Source: an uncultured Acidobacteriota bacterium (lineage in GTDB: Bacteria; Acidobacteriota; Blastocatellia; RBC074). From it: a DNA stretch of 64,000 bases. The first letter of the stretch is position 1. Every line of letters begins with the position of its first letter. Of the stretch, positions 1 to 9,638 are shown piece after piece. A program made the position numbers and the translations under genes. The notes under the pieces were generated by a model that had not been told where the DNA came from, did no database searches, and saw only the letters and a program-made list of their open reading frames with translations. The DNA is taken from the NCBI GenBank assembly GCA_963796275.1, contig CAWCKY010000001.1, forward strand, positions 1,024,001-1,088,000, in the 5' to 3' direction.

Positions 1-24
1 CCCCGTTGCCCCGTTGCCCCGTTG
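1..24. repeat. Octamer tandem repeat (CCCCGTTG)x3, cut by the window edge
   Basis: Read directly; same unit as (CGGGGCAA)x6 at 47535-47582 in reverse complement. Confidence 0.9.
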
Positions 25-52
25 CTGTCTCCCGGTTTTTCCTATCCAGGAA

Positions 53-478
53 TTAGCAAAACTCTGTAGCGTTGAAAAAGTAGCTCAATTCTATTCTGGC
101 ATTTTCGGGTGAGTCAGAGCCGTGCGTGGCGTTCTCCTGTACATTCGCGCCGAAATCTCCGCGGATCGTCCCTTTGGGAGCTTTGGTCGAATCGGTCGGT
201 CCCATCAGGTCCCGCCAGGCTTGCACCGCATTCTCTCGCTCGAGTGCGAGAAGAACGCTCGGCCCGCTCGTCATAAAGAGCACCAGTTCACCGAAGAATG
301 GGCGCTCGCGGTGAACGGCATAGAAGCCCTCAGCCACTGGCTTCGTCATATGAAGCATCTTCATCGCGCGAACCTTGAACCCGTTATCGGTGATGCGCTG
401 GATTATATTCCCGATGTTCCCCGCGCGCACCGCGTCCGGCTTGATCATCGCGAAAGTCATTTTGGGTGTGTCTGACAT
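53..478 (-). CDS. ndk: Nucleoside diphosphate kinase
   Basis: IKPDAV, FYAVHRERPFF, GTIRGDFG and NATHGSDS (catalytic His) motifs; 141 aa. Confidence 0.98.
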   Translation of the reverse strand: MSDTPKMTFAMIKPDAVRAGNIGNIIQRITDNGFKVRAMKMLHMTKPVAEGFYAVHRERPFFGELVLFMTSGPSVLLALERENAVQAWRDLMGPTDSTKAPKGTIRGDFGANVQENATHGSDSPENARIELSYFFNATEFC

Positions 479-623
479 AGTTATTCCAGAATGAATTGAT
501 CCTTAAGAAGAATAAAGGAGGATATAGCTCCAGATCATAGCAATTCTATTTTCTTGCCGCAATCAGCATTACTATGGAAAAGAAGAGGGTGAAGCTGAGG
601 AATGCTTCATAACGCGTGGTCGA

Positions 624-663
624 CGATATCTACTACGAGCGCACGCGCTCATAGTAGATATCG
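624..663 (-). terminator. Hairpin downstream of the 683-1102 gene
   Basis: 19-bp inverted repeat 624-642/645-663; its single mismatch is a G-U pair on the minus strand. Confidence 0.55.
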
Positions 664-682
664 AAGGTTACTGCGGTACCGA

Positions 683-1102
683 TCAGCGGCCAAAAAGTCG
701 CAGCTTCGGTTTGCGGGAGCCATATTTTGCCCGGGCATACCATATCTCGACGCTGTCGATCGCCCGATCGCCTCCACGCAGGTCGAGGGGCCGTGTGCTG
801 CCACCGGCGGCTATCCGACTCCTGAACTGAAGCTCCTCGTCCCCGCCGTTTTCGTAATGTACGACCACCCGGTCGAATGTAATAGGCGCTCGTTCGACAC
901 GGATTTGAAGCGCACGAAACCTTCCATCGGAACGCCCAACCTTGATACGGTCGCGATCACTCGATCCGTCGACGTTGGACTCACCCAAATATATCCACGG
1001 GCCGCCGTTTCGGCCGTTGCGATATTTTTGGGCGTTGACGTCATTATAAAAACCTGCGAGCAGCATACCAGCTAGAACAAGTAGCAGAACTTTTCTTGTC
1101 AT
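683..1102 (-). CDS. Secreted small beta-rich protein, DUF2541/YaaI-like
   Basis: Signal peptide; WIYLG...DRDRIKVG...FRALQIRV...VVVHYENG...LDLRGGDRAIDSV pattern. Confidence 0.7.
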   Translation of the reverse strand: MTRKVLLLVLAGMLLAGFYNDVNAQKYRNGRNGGPWIYLGESNVDGSSDRDRIKVGRSDGRFRALQIRVERAPITFDRVVVHYENGGDEELQFRSRIAAGGSTRPLDLRGGDRAIDSVEIWYARAKYGSRKPKLRLFGR

Positions 1103-1338
1103 ATTGAATCTATACTCCGTTTAGAATCCTGTAATACAGGTATCTGATTTGTGAGTAAATCGACAGGGGGTGAAGGGTACATCCCCATCATAATCCGATT
1201 CCCCGGAAAAAGTCGACGGAGTGGGGCGGGGGAATTGTGTCATCCGACCGGTATCCACCGCAAAATTCGCAAAATTCTAAAGTCCAGACGAAAGCCGGCT
1301 TCATCTTATGTGATTGTTGTAATTATTGTTTTCAAGGG

Positions 1339-3300
1339 CTATCTCTTTTCTAGCACGACAGGCGCCTGTTCGATGCCGTAGACCCGGCTGAAGAAACCCT
1401 GCACTGCGCTATATTGCTCGACCGGGATGGTAGTCGACTTCAAGACCAGGGCCCGTTTGAAGATGAGGAGACCCTCTTTAATCTCGATCGCGGCGGAATA
1501 GTTTCCGAACGGTTGTTTGAGTTCGACGGCATCTGGCATTTCATCGACCTGAAATCCTTCGGGCAACTTGATCTTCACTGTCTCATTGTATGCTTCTGAC
1601 TCGATCACGACCGGGTATTTGCGTTTGTCCGAGGCTAAAAAATATTGCGTACGGTGTGAAACCACCGCGGGTTTGAAGACAAGTAGCTTGCCTCGCATAG
1701 ACTGGGCGTATGCCGGGGACTTGAATTCGAGATCGAGCGTAAACTTGCCGGCCTCATCGACCGGTACGATTTTTGTAATTTGAGCTGATGGCGCCCCCCT
1801 CGTGATCCAGCGTTCGATTTGCCTGGTATAGTCGGGCCGTGAGGCGCGTTTGAATATCCGGCGTTCTGCGACTGCGGCCTGGCCGAAAGAGAGTTCTCGG
1901 AGGGCCGCGCTCAACGTGCCTTCAGGACTGAGCTCCGCCTCGATTGTGCGTTCGAGACGGTTGGCTTCGGAAGATGTGACGGGCATTCGCACCAGATCTC
2001 CGGCATCGCCGGCTGAGATCAGGGCGAGGCTGCCCTGAAGATAATCGGGCAGATCGCCAACCGGCGTGTGCTCATCAGTCGGATCGAATATCAGCAGTCG
2101 CCCGAGAGATGAGTGCCTGATCACGGTCGGCGCATCCGTCTCATCGCTGACCTTGACCCCGATAATGCAATGGTTGAATTGATGCGGGGAAGGCCACTCT
2201 TCGCGCACGTAATTCGGGTCGCCGGAATAAATCACGACCGGATATGCTTCGATCTTCAGCGCCTTGAGCAATGCCCGCATGAGGTTTGCTTTATCCTTGC
2301 AGTCGCCATAGTTTTTGTTAAATACCTCCACCGCTGTATGCGGGCGATAACCCCCGCCGCGACCCGTACCGATCTGAATCGAAATGTAATTTACGTCCTG
2401 CGCGTAACGGCCGATGGCTTTTATCCGCTCATATTCCGTCTTCGAATTCGCCGTCAATTCCAGAGCCTTGGCCGCCATCGCCTCGTTGTATCCCGTCTGT
2501 GTATCACTCAATTCACTGGTATATCGCGAGACGTCCTTCCAGTTCGCGAAAGTTCTGAGCGCGCTCGCTTTGCCTGACGGCGGATAGATGCTGATCGCTA
2601 TACGGGGCGCGATGTTGGTCAACTCAGGACCGGCTGGCTCGCTTTCGATGAACGGCAGGTTGCGAAGCTCCCAGGTATAGACCGTTCCGCTCACCGCCGG
2701 CTCGATCTTCGCGTTATTGAAGGTGACGCCGTCGGCGCGCCAACCCTCCGGCAATGTCACTGTCACCCGTGAAAAAAGCACCGGATTGCCGCTCTGGAAG
2801 TACCACACGAATTGCGAGAAGACGGACCGTTCCTCCGTCGTTACCTCATATCCGAAGACGCAACCCGCATCTGCGTCATCGGATGCTGAGATGACCTTGC
2901 TGCGCGCTTCGTTATAGACATCATTTTCGACGAGCGCGATATCGGCCGTCTCCTTCTTCCCATAGGTTTTGACTTCGCCGCCCGGCCGAATCAACCAGGC
3001 GCGCATCTCTTTCACTTTTTCGGAATCGGTGTTGTAGACAGCGCGGGCGGTGGCCGCTCCTCGTCCTTCGCGCGTCAGGATGCGGACGGCGTGGTAAGTC
3101 ACCACCGTAATTCGGCCGTCCTCGTAGACCATTCTGCGCATTTCGTCGTGTAAAACGACGGCGTTGACTTTCTTGTCGTATACGGGGAGATTGGCAGATG
3201 AAGCCTGTTTCAACCACCCCGGAACCTCATCCCCGTTCGCAGTAACGAACCCGCCCATCAGCGCCAGCGTCAGAACGCAGAACACAATTCTCTGCAACAT
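1339..3300 (-). CDS. DUF3857 + transglutaminase-like + DUF3858 secreted protein with intact catalytic triad
   Basis: Signal peptide; GDCKDKA (Cys), FNHCI (His), FDPT (Asp). Confidence 0.9.
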   Translation of the reverse strand: MLQRIVFCVLTLALMGGFVTANGDEVPGWLKQASSANLPVYDKKVNAVVLHDEMRRMVYEDGRITVVTYHAVRILTREGRGAATARAVYNTDSEKVKEMRAWLIRPGGEVKTYGKKETADIALVENDVYNEARSKVISASDDADAGCVFGYEVTTEERSVFSQFVWYFQSGNPVLFSRVTVTLPEGWRADGVTFNNAKIEPAVSGTVYTWELRNLPFIESEPAGPELTNIAPRIAISIYPPSGKASALRTFANWKDVSRYTSELSDTQTGYNEAMAAKALELTANSKTEYERIKAIGRYAQDVNYISIQIGTGRGGGYRPHTAVEVFNKNYGDCKDKANLMRALLKALKIEAYPVVIYSGDPNYVREEWPSPHQFNHCIIGVKVSDETDAPTVIRHSSLGRLLIFDPTDEHTPVGDLPDYLQGSLALISAGDAGDLVRMPVTSSEANRLERTIEAELSPEGTLSAALRELSFGQAAVAERRIFKRASRPDYTRQIERWITRGAPSAQITKIVPVDEAGKFTLDLEFKSPAYAQSMRGKLLVFKPAVVSHRTQYFLASDKRKYPVVIESEAYNETVKIKLPEGFQVDEMPDAVELKQPFGNYSAAIEIKEGLLIFKRALVLKSTTIPVEQYSAVQGFFSRVYGIEQAPVVLEKR

Positions 3301-3384
3301 ATTTCCCCCTTCAGAAGAAGGTTTCAGCTATCCCTCGCATGATCGAGGCCGCTCAAACCGAAACATTAAAACGATAAACTTTCA

Positions 3385-5421
3385 TTATTGCTTCACGGCC
3401 GCCGCCACATCCTGCTTGAGCGTGACAGCATGATTGTCTTGCTGGTGCATTGTGTCGAACGCGCGCTTCAGCGCCTGATAAGTGGTTTTCGGAAAGACCA
3501 AACCGCTGAATTTCAGGTTTCGTTTGTAGACGAGCGTCTTCTTATCCTGTGTGATCGCCAGATTGACCTCGTATCTGCCCACTTCGCCCAGGTTGAAGCT
3601 GGCGGGTGATTCGGCATTGTCGAGCGCGAAACCGTCCGGCAGATCGATAGTGACATTGTCCTCTTCCATCCACGGGAAGTGGAAATATATATCGTGCCTG
3701 CGATCGCTCGTCGGGAAGAGAGGTCCGATGCCTTTCTGAAAGAATGCCGGTTGGAGAAATATTCGCTTGCCCGTGCGTTCGGCAAATCCGGGCACCCGCA
3801 CCTTGTATGAATAGATCAGCGGCTTGAACGGGTCAGTTACCTCCTCGAGCTTGATATCGGTAACGTCTACATTGCCGAGCCGCGATTGAACAGTCTGGCG
3901 GACGTGTTCCTCGCGTTCGCTCGCCGATTCCTCATCATGATTTTCCTTATTGATGGCGGCAAAATGGCCGGTGTATTCGATCCGCACCTCGCCCTCGAGC
4001 GTCCCGTCTTCGCGCAAATGCAATTTGGCAGAGCGCTTTTGTAACGACTTTTCGGCCGGTGATATCGGAGTATTGATGAAGACCGGCTCCTTCGGATCGG
4101 CGACCAACGCCGGCTGCCCTTCCTGCTGCCAACGCAACATCCCCAGCGGCACGTATCGGCTCGATGGATCGAAGAATCTCCATTCTTCTCCGACCTTTAC
4201 CGCGATATCGTAAACATTGAGAAAGTAGTCATCGGCGATGTTCGGATCGAAGAAGATATCGTTGCGATCAGGTAGATTGATGATCCGCGCCTCAAATCCG
4301 GCAGCCATTGCCATTGCGGCGAAGAGCAGGTCGATATCTTTCCCGTGGCCGTATCCGCGTTTGATCGTGTCGGCGGGCGACCGGTTCTCCTTCAGCTTCT
4401 TACGCTCCTCATCGCTCAGAGTCGTCATATCGTCATGAACGTTTTTGATCCGGGTGCGGCAGAAAGCGAGAATGCGCTCGAGCTTTTGTTCGGGAGAAGG
4501 GGCCTCTCCGATCACGTCCGCTGCAGCTTTCCTGATTTCATCATTGACCTTTAACAAACCTTTGTTCGAATCGTAAACAGACTTCCCGTACTCCTTCCAG
4601 AACTTAGCGGGGACGATCTTCTCGTTCTTTGAATAATAGAGCAGCATCCAGGAACGCACTTGATCTTCGGGAGGCATGCGCGGCTCTTCTACGAATGCGG
4701 GGACATTGGTCTGGCCCGTACTCACATATCCGTCCTTCTCTTTGGTGAACGAGGTGGCTTGCGCGTGGAAGGTGACCGAACGCATCGCTAATTCAATGTC
4801 GCTTAGCGGTTTGATGTAGTACTTGACTGATTGGACCGGTATCTCCCTCTGGAATTGGAGACGCGTGTAGAGACTGAACGGCCGTTGTTCATTCCAACGG
4901 TATTCTATGATCGACCCTGGCTCAACCGCAGGCATGGCAAAGGATTTGGACTTGAACTTGAGTCCGCTGAGGCGAACGATCTCGCGGTCGAAGATCGAAT
5001 CCTTCTTCAACTCGACGATCGTTCCGTCCGGTTTAATAGTGCGTGCGGCTATATCGCGAATATTTACCTTGCCGAAATATAGCAGATCGACCTTGCCGTG
5101 CTTCTCGATTCCGCGATCATTGAATATTTTTATCCTCAGATAATGGGAAAGAACCTGGCGCGCGTAACTCCCATCCCATTCGTCTTTCAGATAGACTTCC
5201 CAGAATATAGCCTCGGCATCCGCGTCTTTTTCGACTGCCGGCGCATTGAGTGCGAGATGTGACGGATCGATCGGTTTCCACTGCTGAGCACGGACAGTCG
5301 TCGAACTTATTAACAGACAGGAAAGAAACAGCACAAAAACGAACGGGGTACACGAGGCAAACGCACACACAGCAAACGGGGTAAGCGCCTCCCGTGCGGC
5401 AAATGGGGGATACGGATTCAT
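3385..5421 (-). CDS. DUF3857/transglutaminase-like paralogue with degenerate triad
   Basis: Same architecture (VEPGSIIEY, FDPS, IDLPDGF), but GYGHGKD at the GDCKD position; start may lie downstream. Confidence 0.85.
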   Translation of the reverse strand: MNPYPPFAAREALTPFAVCAFASCTPFVFVLFLSCLLISSTTVRAQQWKPIDPSHLALNAPAVEKDADAEAIFWEVYLKDEWDGSYARQVLSHYLRIKIFNDRGIEKHGKVDLLYFGKVNIRDIAARTIKPDGTIVELKKDSIFDREIVRLSGLKFKSKSFAMPAVEPGSIIEYRWNEQRPFSLYTRLQFQREIPVQSVKYYIKPLSDIELAMRSVTFHAQATSFTKEKDGYVSTGQTNVPAFVEEPRMPPEDQVRSWMLLYYSKNEKIVPAKFWKEYGKSVYDSNKGLLKVNDEIRKAAADVIGEAPSPEQKLERILAFCRTRIKNVHDDMTTLSDEERKKLKENRSPADTIKRGYGHGKDIDLLFAAMAMAAGFEARIINLPDRNDIFFDPNIADDYFLNVYDIAVKVGEEWRFFDPSSRYVPLGMLRWQQEGQPALVADPKEPVFINTPISPAEKSLQKRSAKLHLREDGTLEGEVRIEYTGHFAAINKENHDEESASEREEHVRQTVQSRLGNVDVTDIKLEEVTDPFKPLIYSYKVRVPGFAERTGKRIFLQPAFFQKGIGPLFPTSDRRHDIYFHFPWMEEDNVTIDLPDGFALDNAESPASFNLGEVGRYEVNLAITQDKKTLVYKRNLKFSGLVFPKTTYQALKRAFDTMHQQDNHAVTLKQDVAAAVKQ

Positions 5422-5786
5422 ATTGCCTACCTTTCTTTAATTCATGGTTGCAGGGTCTCGACTAGGTCGACCTTCTTTCTATTTGAAGCCCCATGAAGAT
5501 GAGCATGAGGAATATGTGGTGTTGCTGATGCTGTTGATCTAAAGGCAGATTGGCTCTGATAAGCAGATAGACCGGTAAGGCATGATCTATCTCAAAGCGT
5601 ATTTGCCGGAATTAGCCAGGGAAATGATCATAAAGCTGTATCAGGCGTGACGCAAGAAAAATTTAAGAATACTCGGGAAAATTTTGATTAAATGGAAATG
5701 CGAGGAGAGGGTCGGCAATCTATCGAGAGAATGGTTCGGGTTTTTCAGAATTATCTGCCGTGAAACAGAGAATTTATAATTTGACG

Positions 5787-5862
5787 TTTGTGATTTTAGA
5801 TTTGTTATTTGTAGGAAAAAGAATGCTCCATCAACGACAAATGACAAATCTAAAATCACAAA
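5787..5862. repeat. 26-bp inverted repeat built from heptamer units (ACAAATG-like)
   Basis: 5787-5812 versus 5837-5862, 1 mismatch, 24-nt spacer. Confidence 0.85.
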
Positions 5863-6052
5863 TGTTAATAAATGCCCTCCTGTTCCTGGCTGTTGCGCAC
5901 GAATAAGAGGCTGATAAAACTAAGATTTGATGCAAGACACGATGGTCATCCAGAATCTATCAGCCTACTCCATGTCCAATGTAATTATGGTAGCAGGCAA
6001 ATTCGGTTTGATTGTCACTGAAGAAGGCAGAGCCTGCTATTCCACTAGCGAT

Positions 6053-8964
6053 TCAGTTTATTTTTTCCATTAACGCAACCGGTAAATTTGAAAATACCTC
6101 GGATAACGGCAGGGAAATCTCTCCCTCCGATTTCTGCGCGCATACGCTTTTGCCGTTGAATCGATCTCGATAACATCCGGCAAGTTCCTTCGACAAGGCG
6201 ATCGCGGTATCTCCCCATACCTCGCTCGCAATCGGCAGACTGGAATTTTCCCCCAGTTTGGTGAAAAACCGGGAAGCGGCGACGATCACCACTTTACTGC
6301 CTGATATTCTCGCAAAAGCTATTGCGTGCCTTTCGCGGTCGCCGCTCACTTGAAGCGGTAGGTATGCGCCGAGATCGAATAGGTCGCGCTCTGTGCGGCG
6401 GAGGTTGAGAGCGCGCGCGATTATGAATAGCTTGATCCGGCCGTCTTCCAGATTTCTTAGCATATCCTCGATCAGTTCCGCTACGTCATTCGACTCCAAT
6501 GAATCGAGGAGAGACTGGCGGCGCGCGTAATCGACCGGGCGCCGGTTGTCCGGATCGACCATGCTGAAATCCCAGAGCTCCGTTCCCTGGTAGAAGTCGG
6601 GAATGCCGGGGGAGGTTATTTTCAGCAATGTCTGCGATAAGGAGTTGAACATCCCGGCCCGCGCGATCGCCGATTGGCTCTTCGTGAAATCATGGACGAA
6701 GGCCGACTCAGGAGTGAGTATCTCTCTAATGAAGTTGCGCACGAACCGCTCATACTCTTCGTTTTGATTGAGCCAGCTCGAGTGGATCTTCGCCTCCCTT
6801 ATCGCTTTGATCATGTATTCCTCGATTCGCACGACGAAAGATTGATCGGACTCTTCACCCTCAAACGGGGCAAACGGCCATACTCCGACGAGCGTCTGGT
6901 AGAGCAAATACTCCTCGCTAGCATCAGGAGCGAGCGACCCTTCGAATGGGGTTTTGCGTTCTGAATTGAGTTTTTGCCAGCGCCGCACGGCTCGGTACCA
7001 GTTCACCGGGTTTTCTGAGAGGACATTGATACGCGCCCGCGCATCCTCGCTCCGTTTAGTGTCGTGAGTCGATGTCGCAAGCAGCGTATGGGGCCAGCTT
7101 GCGAGTCGCTTTCGGTTATGTTCGTGGAATGTCTGGGTTGAGATGCCGAAAAGCGAGGGATCGCCGCCGACTTCGCAGAGGGAGGCGAGCGGATAGTAGC
7201 GGTAAAACGCCGTATCCTCGATTCCCTTGGCGGTGACGGGAGGGGTCAATTGCTGGAAACGCATAACGAAATCGTGCCGTTCTGCCCGCTGTTCTTCATT
7301 GATCCCCTGAGGCTCTTCGTGCAGAAGAACCGATGCGATGAATTCAAAAATCGATGAGCTTATCGCCGGGTTGCGTCGACGTGCGCTTCGCACGGCGCTC
7401 AGGATGTGGTGGCGGTCGTCATCCGCAACCTTTCCCTGCTTTGCGCGGATGTAGCTGCGATAGACGGGAAAAGAGGCAATCACCTCTCTGAGCGCATCCT
7501 CCAGGCTGTTGAGCGTGAAATCGCGTGAGTATCTGTGCTGTTCTGAAATCCGATCGAGTTTTCGCGCCAGCACGTGCAGCTCGCTCGACATCGCGGCGCG
7601 CAGGACCAGCTTTCTCCCTTCATACGACACATCGTCGAATCTATCCTGCCTTCCTGTTATCCGCTGCCAAATCTTAAGGAATGCGGTCTCATTCGATCGA
7701 TCGATGAAGACTCCATTCAGCAGATTCAGAAAATCGTAGCCGGTCGTTCCCTGCGTAGCCCAGTTTTCGCGCAGCTCTTCGTTGCGCCCCAGAATCTTTT
7801 CAACTATCACGAAGTGAGAGGGGATCTGATTGTTGATAATTGTCCATCAGTCGATTGCCCTCCACGCACCGCCCTCAGAGCGCCGCGCTGCAGCTCTTTG
7901 AGGTAAAGTTCGGGATCATAAAGCCCATCGATGTGGTCGACCCGCAATCCAGTAACCATGCCCTTTTTCACCATTCGCAGGATAAAATTATGAACGGCGG
8001 AGAAGACCTTTCGCTCCTCAACGCGGATCGCTGCCAGTTCGTTAATGTCGAAGAAGCGGCGAAAGTTTATCTCATCAGCAGCCACCCGCCAGTGCGATAA
8101 GCGGTAGGATTGCGCGCCGAGCAATTCCTCAAGCCGATTAAAACTGGCAGGGTCCCCCTTTACGCCATTGAACTCGCGGATGACCGTTGCGATCGCTCGC
8201 CGCATCTGGCTGTTTGAGGTGACGAGCGACGAAATTCGGCGTTTGACGATCTCCTTCTCGCGGCCGCGTTCCTTCACCTTCTCCGGATCGGTGTCGGTGC
8301 GGGGAGGCAGATGTTCAAGTGCCGTGATTATGCTTTCCAATTCGAGCCGGTGCGGGTGTGACTCTTTGAGGCTGGCGGAGATCATTTCGAGCGCCGGTTT
8401 GAGTATCAGTATCCAAGTGCGCGGTGCAATCGGCAGTTCAGTGTCATAGTATTTGGCAATGAAGGTGCCGCGCTGATATTGTATCTGAATCTCCTTGTTT
8501 TCGAGCACCCTCCCGTATTGGTCCCCTAACACCGGAAGCAGCACCTTATTGCTCATATCCTGCTTCGGCGGCTGCCAGTCGATGTCGAAAAAGCGTGAAT
8601 AGGTAGAACCGGGACCGTTCTCCAGTATGTCCATCCACCATACGTTGTTCGAGTCGGCAATGCACATGTGATTAGGAACAAGGTCCATCATCAATCCCAT
8701 CCCAAGTCCTTTGAGCTTTGCACTAAATTTAACAAGATTCTCATTCGTTCCGATTTCAGGATTGAGTTTCGTGTGGTCTGTCACATCATAACCATGCAGA
8801 CTGCCTGATCGGGCAGCCAATAGTGGAGAAGCATAACAGTCGCTAATCCCCAGCTTGTCTAGATAACCGCTGATCGATTCCGCATCTTTCAATGTGAAAT
8901 TACTATTAAACTGAAGCCTATACGTCGATGACGGTATCCGAATTGTTATGGAATTTTCAGGCAT
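6053..8964 (-). CDS. treY: Malto-oligosyltrehalose synthase, split by a frameshift near 7815-7830 (ORFs 7807-9006 and 6053-7810)
   Basis: [37 protein letters not shown] in ORF1; [47 protein letters not shown] in ORF2; probable start at 8964. Confidence 0.93.
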
Positions 8965-9022
8965 ATCTAAGCAATTTAAATTTCTTGTCGATCGTAACAA
9001 ATTCATTTATTCTTAATTGTTG

Positions 9023-9038
9023 TGCAATCCTCACGCCG
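9023..9038 (-). promoter_or_regulatory. sigma54 promoter for treY
   Basis: CGGCGT-GAGGA-TTGCA on the minus strand, exact GG-N10-GC spacing. Confidence 0.6.
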
Positions 9039-9227
9039 ATCGAACTGATCTACCTAATCTACGTCCTTCCCGTGTAATGTGAAAAAACACTTGTAGCCTG
9101 TTAGTACACGACCGGTTGTATCGAACCTATTCATGATTCAGATATTTTAAGTTCTAATTTGTTATGTGGATTGACAAAATAGGCATAAATAGGGGGGTTG
9201 ACTGCGAAATGAGGGTTGGGGGTGCTC

Positions 9228-9243
9228 TGGCCTCTAACTTGCT
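9228..9243 (+). promoter_or_regulatory. sigma54 promoter for candidate sRNA 1
   Basis: TGGCCT-CTAAC-TTGCT, GG-N10-GC. Confidence 0.7.
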
Positions 9244-9253
9244 TATTTAATAC

Positions 9254-9414
9254 GTGAGCGTTATAGGTTCTTGCAACGCACAACGGCATGAATACTGAAC
9301 ATGCAGGGAGCAGTATAAAGGAGCCAGGTGGGGAGCTGGCTCTTTTCGTGCCGAATTCAAAGCTGTCCTGAGTAGAGTTCTTGAAAGGCTACTTTGCTCT
9401 GGGCAGCTTTTTTT
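9254..9414 (+). ncRNA. Candidate sigma54-dependent sRNA 1
   Basis: Starts 12 nt after the -12 box; 5' hairpin, three-way junction (9284-9353), terminator stem 9359-9410 plus T7; G-U pairs favour the plus strand; no credible ORF. Confidence 0.65.
9359..9414 (+). terminator. Rho-independent terminator
   Basis: AAAGCTGTCCTGAGTAGAGT / ACTTTGCTCTGGGCAGCTTT followed by TTTT. Confidence 0.8.
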
Positions 9415-9594
9415 GTTCGCAATCCATATCCAGTGTAGCGCCAATCAAACACAATCCATACATATTACCAGTACGAATTAGTTCACATTTTTTCATCCAT
9501 TTGCTACGAAAGCGGTCGCTTTACATCCATTCACAAAGCTAAGTAATCTAGACAGAAGTGTTTAGAGTTGATACCCGGGGATCCGTATTTTTAC

Positions 9595-9610
9595 TGGTAT
9601 GGGCCTTGCA
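9595..9610 (+). promoter_or_regulatory. sigma54 promoter for the Clp-like ATPase
   Basis: TGGTAT-GGGCC-TTGCA, GG-N10-GC, about 30 nt before the start codon. Confidence 0.7.
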
Positions 9611-9638
9611 GATTCATTAGATATCTCCCGGAATAAGG

